Origin: the human T2T-CHM13v2.0 reference genome, Homo sapiens
DNA: 64,000 bases
Reading direction: 5' to 3' (one strand)
Assembly (NCBI RefSeq): GCF_009914755.1
Contig: NC_060940.1
In this document: in pieces, positions 54,001-64,000 of the stretch
Layout of the letters: the number at the start of each line of letters is the position of its first letter
Numbering within the stretch: position 1 is the stretch's first letter
The notes under the pieces: generated by a model
The model's input: the letters and a program-made list of their open reading frames with translations, nothing else
The model's database searches: none
What the model was told of the DNA's origin: nothing
Program-made: the position numbers and the translations under genes

Positions 54001-57000
54001 CCTTCGTTGGAAACGGGATTTCTTCATATTTTGCTAGACAGAAGATTTCTCAGTAACTTCTTTGTGTTGTGTGTATGCAACTCACAGAGTTCAACCTTCC
54101 TTTAGACAGAGCAGATTTGAAACACTCTTTTTGTGGAATTTGCAAGTGGAAATTTCAAGCGCATCGATGCCAATGGTAGAAAAGGAAATATCTTCGTATA
54201 AAAACAAGACAAACTCGTTCCCAGACACTGCGTAGTGATGTGTGTGTTTAACTCACAGAGTTTCACCTTTCTTTTCATACAGCATTCTGGAAACCCTCTG
54301 TTTGTAAAGTCTGCAAGTGGATATTTGGACCTCTTAGATGCCTTCGTTGGAAACGGGATTTCCTCATATAATGCTAGAGGGAAGAATTCTTAGTAACTTC
54401 TTTGTGTTGTGTGTATTCAACTGACAGAGTTGAACCTTCCTTTAGACAGAGCAGATTTGAAAGTCTCTTTTTGTGGAATTTGCAAGTGGAGATTTCAAGC
54501 GCTTTGAGGCCAAAAGCAGAAAAGGAAATATTTTCCTATAAAAACTCGACAGAATCTTTCTCAGAAACTGCTCTGGGATGTGTGCGTTCAACTCACAGAG
54601 TTTAACTTTTCTTTTCATTCAGCAGTTTGGAAACACTCTGTTTGGAAAGTCTGCACGTGGATATTTTGACCTCTTTGAGGCCTTCTTTGGAAACGGGTGT
54701 TTTTCATGTAAGGCTAGACAGAAGAAATCTCAGTAACTTCCTTGTGTTGTGTGTATTCAACTGACAGAGTTGAACCTTCCTTTAGACAGAGCAGATTCGA
54801 AACACTCTTTTTCTGCAATTTGCAAGTGGAGACTTCAAGCGCTTTGAGGCCAAAGGCAGAAAAGGAAATATCTTCGTATAAAAACCCGACAGAATCATTC
54901 TCAGAAACTGCTCTGTGATGTGTGCGTTCAACTCACAGAGTTTAACTTTTCTTTTCATTCAGCAGTTTGGAAACACTCTGTTTGTAAAGTCTGCAAGTGG
55001 ATATCTTGGCCTCTTAGAGGCCTTCGTTGGAAACGGGTTTTTTCATGTAAGGTTAGACAGAGGAATTCCCAGTAACTTCCTTGTGTTGTGTGCATTCAAC
55101 TCACAGAGTTGAATGATTCTTTACACAGAGCAGATTTGAGACACTCTTTGGGTGGAATTTGTAAGTGGAGAATTCAGCCGCTTTGAGGTCAACGGTAGAA
55201 AAGGAAATACCTTCGTATAAAAACTAGACAGAATGATTCTCAGAAACTGTTTTGTGATGTGTGCGTTCAACTCACAGAGTTTAACCTTTCTTTTCAAAGA
55301 GCAGTTAGGAAACACTCTGTAAAGTCTGCAAGTGGATATTCAGACCTCTTTGAGGCCTTCGTTGGAAACGGGATTTCTTCATATAATGCTAGAGGGAAGA
55401 ATTCTTAGTAACTTCTTTGTGTTGTGTGTATTCAACTGACAGAGTTGAACCTTCCTTTAGACAGAGCAGATTTGAAAGTCTCTTTTTGTGGAATTTGCAA
55501 GTGGAGATTTCAAGCGCTTTGAGGCCAAAAGCAGAAAAGGAAATATTTTCCTATAAAAACTAGAGAGAATCATTCTCAGAAACTGCTCTGTGATGTGTGT
55601 GTTCAACTCACAGAGTTTAACTTTCTTTTCATTCAGCAGTTTGGAAACACTCTGTTTGGAAAGTCTGCACGTGGATATTTTGACCTCTTTGAGGCCTTCG
55701 TTGGAAACGGGTTTTTTTCATGTAAGGCTAGACAGAAGAAATCTCAGTAACTTCCTTGTGTTGTGTGTATTTAACTGACAGAGTTGAACCTTCCTTTAGA
55801 CAGAGCAGATTCGAAACGCTCTTTTTCTGCAATTTGCAAGTGGAGACTTCAAGCGCTTTGAGGCCAAGGCAGAAAAGGAAATATCTTCGTATAAAAACCC
55901 GACAGAATCATTCTCAGAAACTGCTCTGTGATGTGTGCGTTCAACTCACAGAGTTTAACTTTTCTTTTCATTCAGCAGTTTGGAAACACTCTGTTTGTAA
56001 AGTCTGCAAGTGGATATCTTGGCCTCTTAGAGGCCTTCGTTGGAAACGCGTTTTTTCATGTAAGGTTAGACAGAGGAATTCCCAGTAACTTCCTTGTGTT
56101 GTGTGCATTCAACTCACAGAGTTGAATGATTCTTTACACAGAGCAGATTTGAGACACACTTTTGGTGGAATTTGTAAGTGGAGAATTCAGCCGCTTTGAG
56201 GTCAACGGTAGAAAAGGAAATATCTTCGTATAAAAACTAGAAAGAATGATTCTCAGAAACTGTTTTGTGATGTGTGCGTTCAACTCACAGAGTTTAACCT
56301 TTCTTTTCAAAGAGCAGTTAGGAAACACTCTGTTTGTAAAGTCTGCAAGTGGATATTCAGACCTCTTTGAAGCCTTCGTTGGAAACGGGATTTCATCATA
56401 TTATGCTAGACAGATGAATTCTCAGTAACTTCCTTGTGTTGTGTGTATTCAACTCACAGAGTTGAACGATCCTTTACACAGAGCAGATTTGAAACACTTT
56501 TTCTGGAATTTGCAAGTGGAGATTTCAGCCGCTTTGAGGTCAATGGTAGAAAAGGAAATATCTTCGTATAAAAACTGGACAGAATGATTCTCAGAAACTC
56601 CTTTGTGATGTGTGCGTTCAACTCACAGAGTTTAACCTTTCTTTTCACAGAGCAGTTAGGAAACACTCTGTTTGTGAAGCCTGCCAGTGGATATTCGGAC
56701 CTCTTTGAGGCCTTCGTTGGAAACGGGATTTCTTCATATTTTGCTAGACAGAAGATTTCTCAGTAACTTCTTTGTGTTGTGTGTATGCAACTCACAGAGT
56801 TCAACCTTCCTTTAGACAGAGCAGATTTGAAACACTCTTTTTGTGGAATTTGCAAGTGGAAATTTCAAGCGCATCGATGCCAATGGTAGAAAAGGAAATA
56901 TCTTCGTATAAAAACAAGACAAACTCGTTCCCAGACACTGCGTAGTGATGTGTGTGTTTAACTCACAGAGTTTAACCTTTCTTTTCATACAGCATTCTGG

Positions 57001-60000
57001 AAACCCTCTGTTTGTAAAGTCTGCAAGTGGATATTTGGACCTCTTAGATGCCTTCGTTGGAAACGGGATTTCCTCATATAATGCTAGAGGGAAGAATTCT
57101 TAGTAACTTCTTTGTGTTGTGTGTATTCAACTGACAGAGTTGAACCTTCCTTTAGACAGAGCAGATTTGAAAGTCTCTTTTTTTGGAATTTGCAAGTGGA
57201 GATTTCAAGCGCTTTGAGGCCAAAAGCAGAAAAGGAAATATTTTCCTATAAAAACTAGACAGAATCTTTCTCAGAAACTGCTCTGGGATGTGTGCGTTCA
57301 ACTCACAGAGTTTAACTTTTCTTTTCATTCAGCAGTTTGGAAACACTCTGTTTGGAAAGTCTGCACGTGGATATTTTGACCTCTTTGAGGCCTTCGTTGG
57401 AAACGGGTGTTTTTCATGTAAGGCTAGACAGAAGAAATCTCAGTAACTTCCTTGTGTTGTGTGTATTCAACTGACAGAGTTGAACCTTCCTTTAGACAGA
57501 GCAGATTCGAAACACTCTTTTTCTGCAATTTGCAAGTGGAGACTTCAAGCGCTTTGAGGCCAAAGGCAGAAAAGGATATATCTTCGTATAAAAACCCGAC
57601 AGAATCATTCTCAGAAACTGCTCTGTGATGTGTGCGTTCAACTCACAGAGTTTAACTTTTCTTTTCATTCAGCAGTTTGGAAACACTCTGTTTGAAAAGT
57701 CTGCAAGTGGATATCTTGGCCTCTTAGAGGCCTTCGTTGGAAACGGGTTTTTTCATGTAAGGATAGACAGAGGAATTCCCAGTAACTTCCTTGTGTTGTG
57801 TGCATTCAACTCACAGAGTTGAATGATTCTTTACACAGAGCAGATTTGAGACACTCTTTGGGTGGAATTTGTAAGTGGAGAATTCAGCCGCTTTGAGGTC
57901 AACGGTAGAAAAGGAAATATCTTCGTATAAAAACTAGACAGAATGATTCTCAGAAACTGTTTTGTGATGTGTGCGTTCAACTCACAGAGTTTAACCTTTC
58001 TTTTCAAAGAGCAGTTAGGAAACACTCTGTAAAGTCTGCAAGTGGATATTCAGACCTCTTTGAGGCCTTCGTTGGAAACGGGATTTCTTCATATAATGCT
58101 AGAGGGAAGAATTCTTAGTAACTTCTTTGTGTTGTGTGTATTCAACTGACAGAGTTGAACCTTCCTTTAGACAGAGCAGATTTGAAAGTCTCTTTTTGTG
58201 GAATTTGCAAGTGGAGATTTCAAGCGCTTTGAGGCCAAAAGCAGAAAAGGAAATATTTTCCTATAAAAACTAGAGAGAATCATTCTCAGAAACTGCTCTG
58301 TGATGTGTGTGTTCAACTCACAGAGTTTAACTTTCTTTTCATTCAGCAGTTTGGAAACACTCTGTTTGGAAAGTCTGCACGTGGATATTTTGACCTCTTT
58401 GAGGCCTTCGTTGGAAACGGGTTTTTTTCATGTAAGGCTAGACAGAAGAAATCTCAGTAACTTCCTTGTGTTGTGTGTATTCAACTGACAGAGTTGAACC
58501 TTCCTTTAGACAGAGCAGATTCGAAACGCTCTTTTTCTGCAATTTGCAAGTGGAGACTTCAAGCGCTTTGAGGCCAAAGGCAGAAAAGGAAATATCTTCG
58601 TATAAAAACCCGACAGAATCATTCTCAGAAACTGCTCTGTGATGTGTGCGTTCAACTCACAGAGTTTAACTTTTCTTTTCATTCAGCAGTTTGGAAACAC
58701 TCTGTTTGTAAAGTCTGCAAGTGGATATCTTGGCCTCTTAGAGGCCTTCGTTGGAAACGCGTTTTTTCATGTAAGGTTAGACAGAGGAATTCCCAGTAAC
58801 TTCCTTGTGTTGTGTGCATTCAACTCACAGAGTTGAATGATTCTTTACACAGAGCAGATTTGAGACACACTTTTGGTGGAATTTGTAAGTGGAGAATTCA
58901 GCCGCTTTGAGGTCAACGGTAGAAAAGGAAATATCTTCGTATAAAAACTAGAAAGAATGATTCTCAGAAACTGTTTTGTGATGTGTGCGTTCAACTCACA
59001 GAGTTTAACCTTTCTTTTCAAAGAGCAGTTAGGAAACACTCTGTTTGTAAAGTCTGCAAGTGGATATTCAGACCTCTTTGAAGCCTTCGTTGGAAACGGG
59101 ATTTCATCATATTATGCTAGACAGATGAATTCTCAGTAACTTCCTTGTGTTGTGTGTATTCAACTCACAGAGTTGAACGATCCTTTACACAGAGCAGATT
59201 TGAAACACTGTTTTTCTGGAATTTGCAAGTGGAGATTTCAGCCGCTTTGAGGTCAATGGTAGAAAAGGAAATATCTTCGTATAAAAACTGGACAGAATGA
59301 TTCTCAGAAACTCCTTTGTGATGTGTGCGTTCAACTCACAGAGTTTAACCTTTCTTTTCACAGAGCAGTTAGGAAACACTCTGTTTGTGAAGCCTGCCAG
59401 TGGATATTCGGACCTCTTTGAGGCCTTCGTTGGAAACGGGATTTCTTCATATTTTGCTAGACAGAAGAATTCTCAGTAACTTCTTTGTGTTGTGTGTATG
59501 CAACTCACAGAGTTCAACCTTCCTTTAGACAGAGCAGATTTGAAACACTCTTTTTGTGGAATTTGCAAGTGGAAATTTCAAGCGCATCGATGCCAATGGT
59601 AGAAAAGGAAATTTCTTCGTATAAAAACAAGACAAACTCGTTCCCAGACACTGCGTAGTGATGTGTGTGTTTAACTCACAGAGTTTAACCTTTCTTTTCA
59701 TACAGCATTCTGGAAACCCTCTGTTTGTAAAGTCTGCAAGTGGATATTTGGACCTCTTAGATGCCTTCGTTGGAAACGGGATTTCTTCATATAATGCTAG
59801 AGGGAAGAATTCTTAGTAACTTCTTTGTGTTGTGTGTATTCAACTGACAGAGTTGAACCTTCCTTTAGACAGAGCAGATTTGAAAGTCTCTTTTTGTGGA
59901 ATTTGCAAGTGGAGATTTCAAGCGCTTTGAGGCCAAAAGCAGAAAAGGAAATATTTTCCTATAAAAACTCGACAGAATCATTCTCAGAAACTGCTCTGTG

Positions 60001-63000
60001 ATGTGTGCGTTCAACTCACAGAGTTTAACTTTTCTTTTCATTCAGCAGTTTGGAAACACTGTTTGGAAAGTCTGCACGTGGATATTTTGACCTCTTTGAG
60101 GCCTTCGTTGGAAACGGGTTTTTTTCATGTAAGGCTAGACAGAAGAAATCTCAGTAACTTCCTTGTGTTGTGTGTATTCAACTGACAGAGTTGAACCTTC
60201 CTTTAGACAGAGCAGATTCGAAACACTCTTTTTCTGCAATTTGCAAGTGGAGACTTCAAGCGCTTTGAGGCCAAAGGCAGAAAAGGAAATATCTTCGTAT
60301 AAAAACCCGACAGAATCATTCTCAGAAACTGCTCTGTGATGTGTGCGTTCAACTCACAGAGTTTAACTTTTCTTTTCATTCAGCAGTTTGGAAACACTCT
60401 GTTTGTAAAGTCTGCAAGTGGATATCTTGGCCTCTTAGAGGCCTTCGTTGGAAACGGGTTTTTTCATGTAAGGATAGACAGAGGAATTCCCAGTAACTTC
60501 CTTGTGTTGTGTGCATTCAACTCACAGAGTTGAATGATTCTTTACACAGAGCAGATTTGAGACACTCTTTTGGTGGAATTTGTAAGTGGAGAATTCAGCC
60601 GCTTTGAGGTCAACGGTAGAAAAGGAAATATCTTCGTATAAAAACTAGACAGAATGATTCTCAGAAACTGTTTTGTGATGTGTGCGTTCAACTCACAGAG
60701 TTTAACCTTTCTTTTCAGAGAGCAGTTAGGAAACACTCTGTTTGTAAAGTCTGCAAGTGGATATTCAGACCTCTTTGAGGCCTTCGTTGGAAACGGGATT
60801 TCTTCATATTATGCTAGACAGATGAATTCTCAGTAACTTCCTTGTGTTGTGTGTATTCAACTCACAGAGTTGAACGATCCTTTACACAGAGCAGATTTGA
60901 AACACTGTTTTTCTGGAATTTGCAAGTGGAGATTTCAGCCGCTTTGAGGTCAATGGTAGAAAAGGAAATATCTTCGTATAAAAACTAGACAGAATGATTC
61001 TCAGAAACTCCTTTGTGATGTGTGCGTTCAACTCACAGAGTTTAACCTTTCTTTTCACAGAGCAGTTAGGAAACACTCTGTTTGTGAAGCCTGCCAGTGG
61101 ATATTCGGACCTCTTTGAGGCCTTCGTTGGAAACGGGATTTCTTCATATTATGCTAGACAGAAGATTTCTCAGTAACTTCTTTGTGTTGTGTGTATGCAA
61201 CTCACAGAGTTCAACCTTCCTTTAGACAGAGCAGATTTGAAACACTCTTTTTGTGGAATTTGCAAGTGGAGATTTCAAGCGCTTCGATGCCAATGGTAGA
61301 AAAGGAAATATCTTCGTATAAAAACAAGACAAACTCGTTCCCAGACACTGCGTAGTGATGTGTGTGTTTAACTCACAGAGTTTAACCTTTCTTTTCATAC
61401 AGCATTCTGGAAACCCTCTGTTTGTAAAGTCTGCAAGTGGATATTTGGACCTCTTAGATGCCTTCGTTGGAACGGGATTTCCTCATATAATGCTAGAGGG
61501 AAGAATTCTTAGTAACTTCTTTGTGTTGTGTGTATTCAACTGACAGAGTTGAACCTTCCTTTAGACAGAGCAGATTTGAAAGTCTCTTTTTGTGGAATTT
61601 GCAAGTGGAGATTTCAAGCGCTTTGAGGCCAAAAGCAGAAAAGGAAATATTTTCCTATAAAAACTAGACAGAATCTTTCTCAGAAACTGCTCTGGGATGT
61701 GTGCGTTCAACTCACAGAGTTTAACTTTTCTTTTCATTCAGCAGTTTGGAAACACTCTGTTTGGAAAGTCTGCACGTGGATATTTTGACCTCTTTGAGGC
61801 CTTCGTTGGAAACGGGTGTTTTTCATGTAAGGCTAGACAGAAGAAATCTCAGTAACTTCCTTGTGTTGTGTGTATTCAACTGACAGAGTTGAACCTTCCT
61901 TTAGACAGAGCAGATTCGAAACACTCTTTTTCTGCAATTTGCAAGTGGAGACTTCAAGCGCTTTGAGGCCAAAGGCAGAAAAGGAAATATCTTCGTATAA
62001 AAACCCGACAGAATCATTCTCAGAAACTGCTCTGTGATGTGTGCGTTCAACTCACAGAGTTTAACTTTTCTTTTCATTCAGCAGTTTGGAAACACTCTGT
62101 TTGTAAAGTCTGCAAGTGGATATCTTGGCCTCTTAGAGGCCTTCGTTGGAAACGGGTTTTTTCATGTAAGGTTAGACAGAGGAATTCCCAGTAACTTCCT
62201 TGTGTTGTGTGCATTCAACTCACAGAGTTGAATGATTCTTTACACAGAGCAGATTTGAGACACTCTTTGGGTGGAATTTGTAAGTGGAGAATTCAGGCGC
62301 TTTGAGGTCAACGGTAGAAAAGGAAATATCTTCGTATAAAAACTAGACAGAATGATTCTCAGAAACTGTTTTGTGATGTGTGCGTTCAACTCACAGAGTT
62401 TAACCTTTCTTTTCAAAGAGCAGTTAGGAAACACTCTGTAAAATCTGCAAGTGGATATTCAGACCTCTTTGAGGCCTTCGTTGGAAACGGGATTTCTTCA
62501 TATAATGCTAGAGGGAAGAATTCTTAGTAACTTCTTTGTGTTGTGTGTATTGAACTGACAGAGTTGAACCTTCCTTTAGACAGAGCAGATTTGAAAGTCT
62601 CTTTTTGTGGAATTTGCAAGTGGAGATTTCAAGCGCTTTGAGGCCAAAAGCAGAAAAGGAAATATTTTCTTATAAAAACTAGAGAGAATCATTCTCAGAA
62701 ACTGCTCTGTGATGTGTGTGTTCAACTCACAGAGTTTAACTTTCTTTTCATTCAGCAGTTTGGAAACACTCTGTTTGGAAAGTCTGCACGTGGATATTTT
62801 GACCTCTTTGAGGCCTTCGTTGGAAACGGGTTTTTTTCATGTAAGGCTAGACAGAAGAAATCTCAGTAACTTCCTTGTGTTGTGTGTATTCAACTGACAG
62901 AGTTGAACCTTCCTTTAGACAGAGCAGATTCGAAACGCTCTTTTTCTGCAATTTGCAAGTGGAGACTTCAAGCGCTTTGAGGCCAAAGGCAGAAAAGGAA

Positions 63001-63047
63001 ATATCTTCGTATAAAAACCCGACAGAATCATTCTCAGAAACTGCTCT
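45090..63047 (+). repeat. Right mixed domain: unit order 6,10,10,6,10,6,10,6,10,6,10,10,6
   Basis: Anchor positions 45090, 46103, 47800, 49495, 50508, 52205, 53218, 54915, 55928, 57625, 58639, 60336, 62034, 63048. Confidence 0.93.
49495..60335 (+). repeat. Four tandem 16-mer (6+10) composite units (2,710, 2,710, 2,710, 2,711 bp)
   Basis: 6-mer starts at 49495, 52205, 54915 and 57625. The ORF track repeats at 2,710 bp (50336, 53046, 55756). Confidence 0.9.
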
Positions 63048-64000
63048 GTGATGTGTGCGTTCAACTCACAGAGTTTAACTTTTCTTTTCATTCAGCAGTT
63101 TGGAAACACTCTGTTTGTAAAGTCTGCAAGTGGATATCTTGGCCTCTTAGAGGCCTTCGTTGGAAACGCGTTTTTTCATGTAAGGTTAGACAGAGGAATT
63201 CCCAGTAACTTCCTTGTGTTGTGTGCATTCAACTCACAGAGTTGAATGATTCTTTACACAGAGCAGATTTGAGACACACTTTTGGTGGAATTTGTAAGTG
63301 GAGAATTCAGCCGCTTTGAGGTCAACGGTAGAAAAGGAAATATCTTCGTATAAAAACTAGAAAGAATGATTCTCAGAAACTGTTTTGTGATGTGTGCGTT
63401 CAACTCACAGAGTTTAACCTTTCTTTTCAAAGAGCAGTTAGGAAACACTCTGTTTGTAAAGTCTGCAAGTGGATATTCAGACCTCTTTGAAGCCTTCGTT
63501 GGAAACGGGATTTCATCATATTATGCTAGACAGATGAATTCTCAGTAACTTCCTTGTGTTGTGTGTATTCAACTCACAGAGTTGAACGATCCTTTACACA
63601 GAGCAGATTTGAAACACTGTTTTTCTGGAATTTGCAAGTGGAGATTTCAGCCGCTTTGAGGTCAATGGTAGAAAAGGAAATATCTTCGTATAAAAACTGG
63701 ACAGAATGATTCCCAGAAACTCCTTTGTGATGTGTGCGTTCAACTCACAGAGTTTAACCTTTCTTTTCACAGAGCAGTTAGGAAACACTCTGTTTGTGAA
63801 GCCTGCCAGTGGATATTCGGACCTCTTTGAGGCCTTCGTTGGAAACGGGATTTCTTCATATTTTGCTAGACAGAAGAATTCTCAGTAACTTCTTTGTGTT
63901 GTGTGTATGCAACTCACAGAGTTCAACCTTCCTTTAGACAGAGCAGATTTGAAACACTCTTTTTGTGGAATTTGCAAGTGGAAATTTCAAGCGCATCGAT

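Larger units (their letters stand above)
1..64000 (+). repeat. Centromeric alpha-satellite HOR array, dimeric (SF1, J1/J2-type); probably human chr16 D16Z2
   Basis: Alphoid hallmark motifs (CATTCTCAGAAACT, TTCAACTCACAGAGTT, TTGAAACACTCTTTTTGTGGAAT, CTTCGTTGGAAACGGG) recur at ~170/340 bp with no interruption or strand switch. The ORF track repeats at 1,699 bp (e.g. 155, 1854, 3553, 5252). Alpha-satellite identity is essentially certain. The chr16 assignment (about 0.8) rests on recalling that D16Z2 is the SF1 array with a 1.7-kb 10-mer. Confidence 0.99.

Noticed and set aside
155-63888. Numerous 60-70 aa ORFs on both strands (MFPNCS..., MILRN..., MMCAFN..., MCCVYS...)
   Set aside because: They recur at the satellite period, overlap on opposite strands, are freely broken by indels and show no recognisable domain. 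They are chance frames in alphoid DNA.
1-64000. CRISPR-like regular repeats
   Set aside because: The intervals between conserved motifs are themselves repeats rather than unique spacers, there are no cas genes, and the sequence is primate satellite.
1-64000. L1/Alu insertion, inversion or non-alphoid island
   Set aside because: All anchor intervals are accounted for by 1,695-1,699 or 1,013-1,014 bp units. All CENP-B boxes are on the same strand, and I saw no poly(A) tail or target-site duplication.
1-64000. Claim that this window is the CENP-A/kinetochore site
   Set aside because: High homogeneity and dense boxes fit a live array, but kinetochore position is epigenetic and cannot be read from sequence.

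Overview
The whole 64 kb is one uninterrupted, single-orientation primate centromeric alpha-satellite array. It is built from ~171-bp monomers arranged as a ~340-bp dimer, with a CENP-B box in every second monomer. The main higher-order repeat (HOR) is a 10-monomer unit of 1,699 bp, interspersed with 12 copies of a 6-monomer deletion variant (1,013-1,014 bp). A dimeric SF1-type array with a 1.7-kb 10-mer best fits the human chromosome 16 live array (D16Z2/S1C16H1L); this assignment is from recall, not from a search. I found no genes, RNA genes, transposons, inversions or CRISPR arrays, and all listed ORFs are repeat artefacts. I see no novel gene-encoded system. The notable content is architectural. 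(1) The 6-mer breakpoint maps to a 30-bp window spanning a CENP-B box. (2) Each 6-mer is coupled to a distinct downstream 10-mer haplotype carrying a mutated CENP-B box, forming a ~2.71-kb 16-mer that is itself tandemly amplified. (3) Two 6/10 mixed domains with the same unit order flank 13 consecutive 10-mers, yet their SNPs pair at several different offsets. Variants were read by eye, so counts may be incomplete.
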